A DNA stretch of 64,000 nucleotides from a virus. Lineage: Duplodnaviria; Caudoviricetes. A program made the translations under genes and the position numbers. The number at the start of each line of letters is the position of its first letter. Positions within the stretch are counted from its first letter, which is position 1. The stretch lies in IMG/VR virus record IMGVR_UViG_3300030330_005136, positions 1 through 64,000 of that record; one strand, 5' to 3'. This document shows, piece after piece, positions 1 to 7,757 of the stretch. Below the pieces are notes generated by a model. The model was given only the letters and a program-made list of their open reading frames with translations, had not been told where the DNA came from and ran no database searches.

Positions 1-2
1 GC

Positions 3-31
3 TTGACTTTGTCAATATTTCTTCGTAAGTT
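3..31 (+). promoter_or_regulatory. sigma70-type early promoter
   Basis: TTGACT(3-8)-N17-TAAGTT(26-31); the same architecture recurs upstream of several early genes. Confidence 0.75.
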
Positions 32-57
32 AAGTGGTAAATAATAAAGGATAAAAC

Positions 58-1197
58 ATGAAAACAGTAGTAAAAGTTGTAAAGAGTGGCGTTAGGTTCA
101 ACGCTTGGGACTCCAAGGGTAAGAAATACACAGGTCAGATCACGACCGGCGCCAGAAAGAAGGCATATGCCAATGGTAATGCCCTCGAACAGAGGGTGAA
201 CAAGAGTGGCAAGACCTATTGGTGGCCAGTACCGATGTCGGTATATGAGGCTACAGAGAATTCCTCGACTATGGACACTCCTCAGCACACCGGCGAGGTG
301 AAGATACCTGAGGGTCATCAAGCCGTGGTCGATTTTATACAAGAGTCATATGGGTTAAAACCCAAGGGGCTGGTCATGAACCCCTTAAAATGGAAGTATT
401 TGGTGCGTAGTGCCGTTCGAGGTAAGAACATCATGATGACAGGCCCAGCCGGTTGTGGTAAGACACTGGCGGCGAAGTCCTTAATAAACGGTTTGGACAG
501 ACCTAATTTTTATTTCAACCTTGGGGCTACCCAAGATCCTAGAGCTACCTTGATAGGGAATGTCCATTTCGACAAGTCCAAGGGTACGTACTTCTCAGAG
601 TCCTTATTCGTTAAAGCCATACAGACACCCAATGCCGTCATACTGATGGACGAGCTAACTAGGGCTCATCCTGATGCCTGGAACATCCTTATGACGGTAT
701 TGGATCAAGGTCAGCGTTATCTCCGATTGGACGAGGCTGATGGTCAAGCCACCATTAAGGTTGCCGAAGGGGTATGTTTTGTTGCCACCGCCAACATAGG
801 TAACGAGTACACCGCAACACGTCAGCTGGATAAGGCCCTTATGGATAGGTTTGTCGTGATAGAGATGGATACCCTAACAGACGAAGAGGAACATGGTCTG
901 CTTACCTACCTATACCCCACAGTGGATAGCGATATGCTGGGTAATGTGTCCAAGATTGCTTTCATGACACGTTCCGAGAGTATGACAGAGAATCCAAGAA
1001 TCAGCAGCGGTGTCAGTACGAGGACATCCGTGGAGATAGCCGGATTACTCTTTGATGGCTTCACCTTGGAGGAGTCGGCTGATATAACGATCTATCCTCA
1101 GTATGACGCTGATGGTGGGGTGGATTCGGAACGTACCTTTGTCAAGCAAATTGTTCAGAAATTTATCGATGACGGCTCCTCGGACGATTTAGTCTAA
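58..1197 (+). CDS. AAA+ ATPase, MoxR/CbbQ-NirQ-NorQ (CobS-like) family
   Basis: Walker A GPAGCGKT, Walker B ILMDELTRA, sensor ATAN, arginine finger ALMDRF, sensor-II STRT; SD AAGGA upstream. Confidence 0.9.
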   Translation: MKTVVKVVKSGVRFNAWDSKGKKYTGQITTGARKKAYANGNALEQRVNKSGKTYWWPVPMSVYEATENSSTMDTPQHTGEVKIPEGHQAVVDFIQESYGLKPKGLVMNPLKWKYLVRSAVRGKNIMMTGPAGCGKTLAAKSLINGLDRPNFYFNLGATQDPRATLIGNVHFDKSKGTYFSESLFVKAIQTPNAVILMDELTRAHPDAWNILMTVLDQGQRYLRLDEADGQATIKVAEGVCFVATANIGNEYTATRQLDKALMDRFVVIEMDTLTDEEEHGLLTYLYPTVDSDMLGNVSKIAFMTRSESMTENPRISSGVSTRTSVEIAGLLFDGFTLEESADITIYPQYDADGGVDSERTFVKQIVQKFIDDGSSDDLV

Positions 1198-1206
1198 CGA
1201 CACCAC

Positions 1207-1248
1207 AAGGGGCTGGTTTTCCTTATTTCCTTTTCCAGCCCCTTTTTT
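1207..1248 (+). terminator. intrinsic terminator
   Basis: AAGGGGCTGG...CCAGCCCCTT stem followed by a T-tract, just after the ATPase stop. Confidence 0.75.
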
Positions 1249-1296
1249 CAGATCCTGTCAAGCAAAAAATTACTAACTTCATTCGGTTGTCCAAGG

Positions 1297-1315
1297 CTTA
1301 AAGCGTTACTTTAAG
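1297..1315. promoter_or_regulatory. perfect dyad CTTAAAG-N5-CTTTAAG, candidate regulator site
   Basis: 7-bp inverted repeat in the intergenic gap, upstream of the sigma54-like boxes. Confidence 0.35.
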
Positions 1316-1325
1316 TGGCGTGAAC

Positions 1326-1357
1326 CGGCAAACATTTTGCTGGTAATTTTTTTGCTA
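1326..1357 (+). promoter_or_regulatory. tandem sigma54-like (-24/-12) boxes
   Basis: CGGCAAACATTTTGCT (GG 1327-28, GC 1339-40) and TGGTAATTTTTTTGCT (GG 1342-43, GC 1354-55), both exact GG-N10-GC with TTGC. Confidence 0.5.
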
Positions 1358-1446
1358 TAGCTTTTTGCTATTGTTCTGGCGAACAGATATATTTATCATT
1401 GAAGGAAATGAATCCTTCAGTTACAATGACAAGGAGAGAATAAGTC

Positions 1447-1785
1447 ATGAGACCCCTAAGAGTATTGTTTACATCAATACTAATGTTAACCACACTACTA
1501 CAAGCGAATGGCAAGAGTAGACACCCAATAGCAAAGAAAACCTTTGAACTCACCTATCAGGATATCAGATCCGAGATCATGGATCATCTACCTGAACGAA
1601 TGTTCATAGTGGACTTCGATATCACCGAGGAGGGCAAGGTTGAGAATGCTAGGATTGTCGATGATGTAAACATCGATCTATCCAATACTGTTATATCAAA
1701 AGTTATGGCTCTAAAGTTTAAACCAGCATTACAGAATGGTCGACCAGTAAGAGTGAGATACAAGCTTCCGATTGTATTTAAGTAA
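1447..1785 (+). CDS. exported or membrane-anchored TonB C-terminal domain protein
   Basis: N-terminal signal-like segment, then FDITEEGKVENARIV...KFKPALQNGRPVRVRYKLPIVF, typical of TonB_C; no Pro-rich spacer. Confidence 0.8.
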   Translation: MRPLRVLFTSILMLTTLLQANGKSRHPIAKKTFELTYQDIRSEIMDHLPERMFIVDFDITEEGKVENARIVDDVNIDLSNTVISKVMALKFKPALQNGRPVRVRYKLPIVFK

Positions 1786-1793
1786 CCTTATCT

Positions 1794-1817
1794 ATGGGGA
1801 TGGGCAACCGTCCCCAT
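1794..1817 (+). terminator. GC-rich hairpin with GCAA tetraloop (terminator or processing signal)
   Basis: ATGGGGATGG-GCAA-CCGTCCCCAT right after the TonB_C stop; only a weak U-tract follows. Confidence 0.55.
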
Positions 1818-1823
1818 ATTTAT
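1816..1823 (+). promoter_or_regulatory. putative late promoter ATATTTAT
   Basis: motif followed 4 nt later by the ATG at 1828; recurs at operon starts. Confidence 0.5.
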
Positions 1824-1827
1824 CTAT

Positions 1828-2199
1828 ATGAGACCATTACTATTACCTATTCTTTCGGCATTCCTCTTCTCTCAGGATTCAACCGACTTCGAACTTGACC
1901 TCGATGCCATGTGGGAAAATACCGTATGGATTGAAATCCAGGATGTGGTAGATGTTAATTATGAAGTAGAGAGGGTCACTGCTGTCGCTGGAGTCAGAGG
2001 AGCAGAAGCAGAGGATGAGGCTTTAAGTCTTCTATACTACCGAAAGTCTATGAAGGGATTGTCAGAACTACAGTTACGTAAGGCGCTAGGTAAACTGCTT
2101 AACAAGCGCTCCATGTTACGAAAACAAGGTACAGAGGTTCCGGCAGAAATCGATAAGTATATACTAGTGCTTCGAAACAAGTTAAAAATATCAAAGTAA
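1828..2199 (+). CDS. hypothetical exported protein
   Basis: ORF 123 aa with signal-peptide-like N-terminus MRPLLLPILSAFLFSQ. Confidence 0.7.
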   Translation: MRPLLLPILSAFLFSQDSTDFELDLDAMWENTVWIEIQDVVDVNYEVERVTAVAGVRGAEAEDEALSLLYYRKSMKGLSELQLRKALGKLLNKRSMLRKQGTEVPAEIDKYILVLRNKLKISK

Positions 2200-2213
2200 G
2201 GTACGAAAAGTGC

Positions 2214-2242
2214 TTGACATGTATTGATATATTTTGTATATT
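2214..2242 (+). promoter_or_regulatory. sigma70-type early promoter
   Basis: TTGACA-N17-TATATT with extended TG; ATG 5 nt downstream. Confidence 0.8.
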
Positions 2243-2247
2243 TAGGT

Positions 2248-2529
2248 ATGAAATTTAAGGTAAATACATTAAAGAAGTTAAACAAACTAATGGTCAAGCT
2301 CTCCAAGGAAAAGAAGGGTGTGTTCACAGTATCAGTTGTATTCGATACAGCATTTGTCAAACAGTTTAAGTTTCCCTCTCAGATAGGTTCTGCTCAGATA
2401 GATTCATCACCAGTTGGTGCTAAAGGATTTTGGACTAAGGGTAAGTTTGTTCCATTCACCAAGGATTTCATACAGAGTAAAAATAAAGTAGATAAGAAAA
2501 AGAAAAGGAGTGTTTTCGGTGGAGGCTAA
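2248..2529 (+). CDS. hypothetical basic protein, probably leaderless
   Basis: start moved to the ATG at 2248, directly after the -10 box; no SD. Confidence 0.65.
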   Translation: MKFKVNTLKKLNKLMVKLSKEKKGVFTVSVVFDTAFVKQFKFPSQIGSAQIDSSPVGAKGFWTKGKFVPFTKDFIQSKNKVDKKKKRSVFGGG

Positions 2530-3031
2530 GAAAACAGTTATATTTGATCTAGATGGCACATTAGCCATAATAGATAAAAGAAAAGAACATGCTACACAAT
2601 CCAATGGTAAGATCAATTGGAATGAGTTCTTCAATCCAGCACACATAGCATTCGATGAACCCAATGAACCAGTTATCAAGTTAGCTCAGATGTTCAAGGA
2701 ACAAGGATTTGAAATTCTAATATTCTCAGGTCGTAACGATAGGATGTATGAAAGAACAGTTGAATGGTTGGAATGGAATGATGTACCATTTGACCTATTG
2801 GTTATGAGACCCGATAAGTTCCAAGGGAGAACATGGCCTGTAGCAGAATATAATCCAGCCACACCTGATATGAGATACATGCCAGATGAGAAGTTGAAGA
2901 AGGCTATGTTGGATGAGTTTGTCGAAGATCTCGATGATGTATTCCTAGTGGTGGATGATAGGGATAAGGTGGTGAAGATGTGGAGATCACTAGGGTTGAA
3001 TACATGGCAAGTAGCCGAAGGAGATTTTTAA
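2519..3031 (+). CDS. HAD-superfamily phosphatase (T4 PseT/PNKP 3'-phosphatase-like domain)
   Basis: motif I IFDLDGTL, motif II FSGR, motif IV VVDDR; GTG at 2519 lies 8 nt after AGGAG. Confidence 0.85.
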   Translation: MEAKKTVIFDLDGTLAIIDKRKEHATQSNGKINWNEFFNPAHIAFDEPNEPVIKLAQMFKEQGFEILIFSGRNDRMYERTVEWLEWNDVPFDLLVMRPDKFQGRTWPVAEYNPATPDMRYMPDEKLKKAMLDEFVEDLDDVFLVVDDRDKVVKMWRSLGLNTWQVAEGDF

Positions 3032-3130
3032 ATGATTATTAAAGGGGGTTGTATTGATGTAAGAGCAAGAAATATTGACGAAAACTACATACATCCTTAT
3101 ATATACCCATTGAAAAAAACAAAATATTTT

Positions 3131-3466
3131 ATGAGCAAACATGATAAGGTTTACTTCATAACTGATAGAAGATATGTCAAGATTGGTAAAACAAAAAATA
3201 TCATTTCAAGACTATCAGGATTACAAGTTGGTCATCCAGAGAAATTATATGTATTAGGATATGTTGATGGTGGTATAGGAGAAGAAAAAGAAATACATAA
3301 ACGATTCAATAGATATCGTGTTCGTGGTGAATGGTTTAGATTAACAGAAGATTTTGCTCAAGAGATAAAAGATTTATGCAAAGGTGAGTATAAAAAAAGA
3401 ATAAAGACAAGCATGAAAGGTAATACCAATGGTAATGGTAGAAATCAATATTCTAAAAAACTTTAA
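3131..3466 (+). CDS. GIY-YIG superfamily protein (T5orf172/MUG113-like)
   Basis: VYFI...YVKIGKT...RLSGLQVG...EKEIHKRF...RVRGEWF; start moved to ATG 3131. Confidence 0.8.
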   Translation: MSKHDKVYFITDRRYVKIGKTKNIISRLSGLQVGHPEKLYVLGYVDGGIGEEKEIHKRFNRYRVRGEWFRLTEDFAQEIKDLCKGEYKKRIKTSMKGNTNGNGRNQYSKKL

Positions 3467-3474
3467 AATAATGC

Positions 3475-3504
3475 TTGACTTATATAGATTTTCTTTTGTA
3501 TATT
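3475..3504 (+). promoter_or_regulatory. sigma70-type early promoter
   Basis: A-rich UP element, TTGACT-N18-TATATT. Confidence 0.7.
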
Positions 3505-3509
3505 TAGGT

Positions 3510-3606
3510 ATGATTGATGGTTCATGGGGGTTAATAGCCGCTTCCGAGGATGACAGGCCTTTTGGGTAAATGATTTAAGGACTACGAGCTAGTACTACAT
3601 CAATCA
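3510..3606 (+). ncRNA. candidate structured leader or small RNA
   Basis: begins at the predicted TSS and is closed by a 9-bp stem TGATTGATG(3511-19)/CATCAATCA(3598-3606); GC-richer interior. Confidence 0.35.
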
Positions 3607-3631
3607 AAAAATTTAAAAAAAGAGGTAAGTA

Positions 3632-3724
3632 ATGAAAGTAAAAGAAGTATTACAATCACTAGTATTATTTGGACTAATGTACTTGGCGCTAGTCATGGCG
3701 TTTATAATGGATGTCACTCAATAA
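3632..3724 (+). CDS. 30-aa hydrophobic microprotein
   Basis: SD GAGGT; MKVKEVLQSLVLFGLMYLALVMAFIMDVTQ; below the ORF-track cutoff. Confidence 0.55.
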   Translation: MKVKEVLQSLVLFGLMYLALVMAFIMDVTQ

Positions 3725-4019
3725 GTTAGGACATTACATATTCAAACGAGTATGTAAGGATCAGAAGTTGTTACGAAAGACCAGACCTATGAACACCTAT
3801 GGTCTATATGTCAATGGTAGAGATATTCAACAATATGTAAATGATTATCTAAACTACGGCATGGATTACATGGGTGATGACAATGTGGCTGCTGATGATG
3901 TATGTCATTACTCTGGCTTACCATCGGTGAAAACATATAACCATTTCAATGAAGGATTTATGGATGGTGATTGGCAAATAGATCGTTATTGGGATGAAGC
4001 AGAAGGAAAGGAAGAATGA
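3711..4019 (+). CDS. hypothetical protein
   Basis: ORF 102 aa in the + strand gene run. Confidence 0.65.
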   Translation: MSLNKLGHYIFKRVCKDQKLLRKTRPMNTYGLYVNGRDIQQYVNDYLNYGMDYMGDDNVAADDVCHYSGLPSVKTYNHFNEGFMDGDWQIDRYWDEAEGKEE

Positions 4020-4327
4020 TGTATTTTCTCTTGGGTGTGTTAGCACCCATAATTCTAAATCTATTACACCTGGTGGTTGGTGTGTATGTTGTCACTGCTC
4101 GAGGTAGTGTGATGTCATTAGGATTTACAGGTATGGGTTTTCTAACTAAGACAGTAGCTTTACTATGGTTGACTTGGTTAGGTGTATCTATAGTAGAATT
4201 AAATTACAAGATATATATGCCACTACTTACATTCTTTTGGTTCTTCACTCATCTGGTCGAAGCATTCGTGATACAACATTACATACAAAAAAATGTACCA
4301 AAACATTTAGAAGATATGCAGATATGA
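4016..4327 (+). CDS. polytopic membrane protein (weakly AtpI-like)
   Basis: 3-4 hydrophobic segments in 103 aa; ATGA overlap with the previous gene. Confidence 0.6.
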   Translation: MMYFLLGVLAPIILNLLHLVVGVYVVTARGSVMSLGFTGMGFLTKTVALLWLTWLGVSIVELNYKIYMPLLTFFWFFTHLVEAFVIQHYIQKNVPKHLEDMQI

Positions 4328-4515
4328 AAAAGATAAGACATAGTAAATTACCACTTACATTATATTCGGAAGATCACTTAACACCTCATATGCTGAGATG
4401 CATCCAAATACAGATGGAAGAATATTCATGGGACGATTGGATTGACGAGGATGGTAATTGGTTCAAGTATTGGGATAAACCTAACCATAGACAATTGGAG
4501 TTATTTGATGATTGA
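4324..4515 (+). CDS. hypothetical protein
   Basis: start moved to ATG 4324 (ATGA overlap); MKKIRHSKLPL...QLELFDD. Confidence 0.6.
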   Translation: MKKIRHSKLPLTLYSEDHLTPHMLRCIQIQMEEYSWDDWIDEDGNWFKYWDKPNHRQLELFDD

Positions 4516-4582
4516 ATATTTATTTATTGGAATATTACTGTTGATATTAATAATGCAAATAAGAAATGGTTGGAAATGGTAA
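4508..4582 (+). CDS. 24-aa hydrophobic microprotein
   Basis: MIEYLFIGILLLILIMQIRNGWKW; overlaps both neighbours and fills the gap. Confidence 0.45.
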   Translation: MIEYLFIGILLLILIMQIRNGWKW

Positions 4583-4701
4583 AGCTGTGGCAAAGATTTA
4601 AAGAGTGGTTGATCATTAGACAATCATCTAAATTCGCAAAGGAATTAAAAAGAAAAAATTACAAACCAAGACAACCTTGGGATGTAGGTATTTGGAAATG
4701 A
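4576..4701 (+). CDS. 41-aa basic microprotein
   Basis: MVKLWQRFKEWLIIRQSSKFAKELKRKNYKPRQPWDVGIWK; stop 1 nt before the ferredoxin ATG. Confidence 0.5.
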   Translation: MVKLWQRFKEWLIIRQSSKFAKELKRKNYKPRQPWDVGIWK

Positions 4702-4702
4702 A

Positions 4703-5026
4703 ATGGCATACAATTACTTTAAAGGTATACCAGAGTTACCTGAGTATGCTAGGGAAAAACGAAAACGACCACCGATGGTGGCAGTTGTTGATGAGGACAA
4801 TTGTACAGGATGTCAAGCCTGTGTTCCTTTCTGTCCTGTGGATTGCATCGAACCCGTAGCACCAGATAAGTATGAATGGCCAGTTATACCACCAGTGCAA
4901 GTCAGATTCAATGAGTGTACAGGTTGTCAGGTTTGTGCTAGGGTATGTACCAAGTTTACATGGGACGCCATAAGAATGTTGAAGACAGATAAATTTGAAG
5001 AACTATATCAGTTTGAGGTAGAATGA
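4703..5026 (+). CDS. 2[4Fe-4S] ferredoxin, RnfB C-terminal-like
   Basis: CTGCQACVPFCP and CTGCQVCARVC (two CxxCxxCxxxC motifs), preceded by VAVVDEDN. Confidence 0.9.
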   Translation: MAYNYFKGIPELPEYAREKRKRPPMVAVVDEDNCTGCQACVPFCPVDCIEPVAPDKYEWPVIPPVQVRFNECTGCQVCARVCTKFTWDAIRMLKTDKFEELYQFEVE

Positions 5027-5313
5027 AAATAACATTAGCACAAAGACATTTATTTAACGATTCAAAACCTATGATACAACTTTGGGGGCCTGATGCCGAA
5101 GAAGAACATCACATGCATCAGAGTGCCGACAGATGGGTTCAATGGGATGAATGTGATTTAAGTGATTCACCACCATACAGATTACCAGGTAGTATGACCG
5201 CACATGGTAAGTTTCCAACATACAATTATGATGAATTACCAACGACATTCAAAGATACTGATGGTGAGGAGCATGAGATAGAGGACATCATAGCATACAT
5301 GAGTAGTAGATGA
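5023..5313 (+). CDS. hypothetical protein
   Basis: ORF 96 aa, ATGA overlap. Confidence 0.65.
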   Translation: MKITLAQRHLFNDSKPMIQLWGPDAEEEHHMHQSADRWVQWDECDLSDSPPYRLPGSMTAHGKFPTYNYDELPTTFKDTDGEEHEIEDIIAYMSSR

Positions 5314-5633
5314 GATACAAACTTTTAGTTTTAATAGTTTTAATATTCAGTATCCATTTTTTCAATCTATATAGAAACAGCGATCTGGCAGTGCCTGAGG
5401 TAAAGACCTACGAGATAAAGGATAAGATTACAAAAAATATACATGTCTTTAGGAAAGAACCCAAGTTGAAAAAGAGCATCCTATACTGTATGAAGGATAA
5501 GGAGCGTAAAGTGGTGTGGGTTGATTGGCATGTCGATCAGATACCAGAATATACATACAGAGTTGACTCCTATAAAAATTATATCGAGAAAACTTGGGTA
5601 GAACAACATTATGGATATAGGATAGCACCTTGA
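5310..5633 (+). CDS. hypothetical protein with N-terminal membrane anchor
   Basis: MRYKLLVLIVLIFSIHFF N-terminus; ATGA overlap. Confidence 0.65.
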   Translation: MRYKLLVLIVLIFSIHFFNLYRNSDLAVPEVKTYEIKDKITKNIHVFRKEPKLKKSILYCMKDKERKVVWVDWHVDQIPEYTYRVDSYKNYIEKTWVEQHYGYRIAP

Positions 5634-6115
5634 AAAAACTAATTTGGTTATTGATATTATTTTGCTGTGATGATAGAATAGAAGAACCTAATAAAGCTAA
5701 TGTGATTGTAACGATGTTACGAGTTGACAGAATTGAGATACAGGATAACCTATGGATTACACCAGCACCGATGTGGGGACACTTAGAATCAGAAGATACG
5801 CCTGTTGATAGGTTAGTGGTTCATTGGTGGAGTAATTTATATTGGGATGAGGATGATTCAAGTGGACATTATAGATTACTACCCAACAGAAGAAACAAAG
5901 CAATATGGTATGATAACTTTGGTAACAGAGATACGATGGATGTAAATGTAGATACTCTGAGATGGATTACAGATGAATATTCTACAGTAGATAGTGCGGG
6001 TTATTTTTACAATACCCTAACACCCACAAAGATGATGCAAGATAGATTCATGAAACTATATTGGAGTATCGAAAATACACTGATAGATTCACAAGAAATA
6101 TTTTTAATGGATTAG
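5630..6115 (+). CDS. putative lipoprotein
   Basis: MKKLIWLLILFCCDD: short signal-II-like peptide ending in Cys. Confidence 0.55.
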   Translation: MKKLIWLLILFCCDDRIEEPNKANVIVTMLRVDRIEIQDNLWITPAPMWGHLESEDTPVDRLVVHWWSNLYWDEDDSSGHYRLLPNRRNKAIWYDNFGNRDTMDVNVDTLRWITDEYSTVDSAGYFYNTLTPTKMMQDRFMKLYWSIENTLIDSQEIFLMD

Positions 6116-6117
6116 AT

Positions 6118-6591
6118 ATGAATAAACCAAGTTATGTAGGATTTGAGCACGACAAGTATTCGTGGAAACCAGATATAGATTATCGTGAGAATCCACATCT
6201 ATATAAAATAGGTCGTGGTCAACAAGGTGTGTTGATATGTCAACCATATAAATCGGAGTTACATCAGTATTGGAGATTCAAGACACCAGAAGAAGCACAG
6301 AAGTCAGCATCTAAAATATATAAAATGTTTTTACAATATATGGATAATGATGAGTTTGTTGGTGCTGATATGGCTAAGAAATATCTACACATGGGTTTCA
6401 CTCGTAGTCGTAGATATTGGAATCACAGTTCAGGTAAGAAATGGACTAACGATGGTGAATGGAAAGTATTACCTTATGATAGAACAGAAAAAAGATTTTA
6501 TGATTCTAGTTTGATATTCCAAAGGTATTGGAAAGCTGCTAGAGAAAACAAAAGATATTTAGAAATGAAAAAACAACATAGGAGTCAATAA
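6118..6591 (+). CDS. DUF4385-family protein
   Basis: YKIGRGQQGVL..PYKSE...WRFKTPE...FVGADMAKKYLHMGFTRSRRY matches the family pattern as recalled; start moved to ATG 6118. Confidence 0.8.
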   Translation: MNKPSYVGFEHDKYSWKPDIDYRENPHLYKIGRGQQGVLICQPYKSELHQYWRFKTPEEAQKSASKIYKMFLQYMDNDEFVGADMAKKYLHMGFTRSRRYWNHSSGKKWTNDGEWKVLPYDRTEKRFYDSSLIFQRYWKAARENKRYLEMKKQHRSQ

Positions 6592-6674
6592 TGACATTAG
6601 GATTAGGAATAGCAGCAGCTATATTATTCTTAACTTTTTGGTTATATAAAGATGATTTAAATAATTGGTTTTAA
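6591..6674 (+). CDS. 27-aa hydrophobic microprotein
   Basis: TAATG overlap, SD AGGAG; MTLGLGIAAAILFLTFWLYKDDLNNWF. Confidence 0.55.
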   Translation: MTLGLGIAAAILFLTFWLYKDDLNNWF

Positions 6675-6681
6675 TATTTAT
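6674..6681 (+). promoter_or_regulatory. putative late promoter ATATTTAT
   Basis: intergenic copy upstream of the 6708 ORF and phoH. Confidence 0.45.
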
Positions 6682-6707
6682 AGATAACTATAAATCAAGA
6701 GGTCATT

Positions 6708-6782
6708 ATGGATAGTTATTGGACAACGGATACAAGCTACGACATACCGATTGAATACACTTATGTCAGCTCGGAAGTATAA
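6708..6782 (+). CDS. 24-aa upstream ORF overlapping the phoH start
   Basis: SD GAGGT; MDSYWTTDTSYDIPIEYTYVSSEV. Confidence 0.4.
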   Translation: MDSYWTTDTSYDIPIEYTYVSSEV

Positions 6783-7491
6783 GAGTCAGGTAGGTGCCAT
6801 TCCCAAAGTAGTAAATAACTTCGAACCTAAAACAGAGAATCAAAAGTTATTATACAACAAGATAAGTGACTTTAATAATCAATTGATATTATGTCATGGT
6901 ATAGCTGGAACTGGTAAGACTTATGTATCGATCTACAAAGCATTACAAGATGTTTTGAGAAGAGGTCTGCCCTATGATAAACTCATCATTATAAATCCTA
7001 CTGTTGATGTGGGTAATGAAGATAAACTAGGGTATCTGCCTGGAGAGCTACAACAAAAAATACAACAGTATAACGAATCGACATTCACCATATTAAATAA
7101 GATCATTGGTAAGTCAAGGGCCAATAAAATGATTACTGATGGTAAGGTAGAGATTGGCGTGTTAAATTTTCTACGAGGAACTAACTTGGAGAATTGTTAT
7201 GTCATTCTAGATGAAGCACAAAATGTATCACCGATGCAGATCAAAACTCTAATGACTAGGATATCAGATAATTGTAAGATGATCATACAAGGTGATTTAT
7301 CTCAGTGTGATAAGTATAAAGCCAATGGTATCACTGCTTACGAGAAGAGTGGATTCTATGATGTGTGGCATAGACTTAAAGATATTGAAGGTGTGGAACA
7401 TCATGCCTTTACCCGAGAGGATTGTATCAGACATCCTTTAGTCAAGAGAATATTAAAGACATATGAGGATGAGCATGAGATTAAATTATGA
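6763..7491 (+). CDS. phoH: PhoH-family ATPase
   Basis: Walker A GIAGTGKT, LGYLPG, FLRGTNL, VILDEAQN, GDLSQCD. Confidence 0.93.
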   Translation: MSARKYKSQVGAIPKVVNNFEPKTENQKLLYNKISDFNNQLILCHGIAGTGKTYVSIYKALQDVLRRGLPYDKLIIINPTVDVGNEDKLGYLPGELQQKIQQYNESTFTILNKIIGKSRANKMITDGKVEIGVLNFLRGTNLENCYVILDEAQNVSPMQIKTLMTRISDNCKMIIQGDLSQCDKYKANGITAYEKSGFYDVWHRLKDIEGVEHHAFTREDCIRHPLVKRILKTYEDEHEIKL

Positions 7492-7754
7492 GGCAAAGAA
7501 GAGAAAGAAAAGGTATTGATTGGAAAAACCTTACTAGTATAATCGGTTTTATTGGGGCGCTTGGTGGTGGTTACTACAAGTTACAAGAAGACAATAAACA
7601 AATGGTACAAGAACAACTTATTATTCAAAAGGCTGAAAAGGCTAGGTGGCAAATTGACTCTTTGAGAATAGATAGAAAGTTTAAAGAACTTAGATGGGAA
7701 ATGAAAGATTCTCTACGAATGGAAATAGCAAAGTTGAAAGATGAATTAAAATAA
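7488..7754 (+). CDS. single-TM coiled-coil protein
   Basis: TM LTSIIGFIGALGGGYY followed by a charged helix. Confidence 0.65.
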   Translation: MRQRRERKGIDWKNLTSIIGFIGALGGGYYKLQEDNKQMVQEQLIIQKAEKARWQIDSLRIDRKFKELRWEMKDSLRMEIAKLKDELK

Positions 7755-7757
7755 TAC

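Noticed and set aside
4576-5026. Selenocysteine readthrough into the ferredoxin
   Set aside because: The TGA at 4699-4701 is out of frame with the ferredoxin ATG (4703), and no SECIS-like hairpin is evident.
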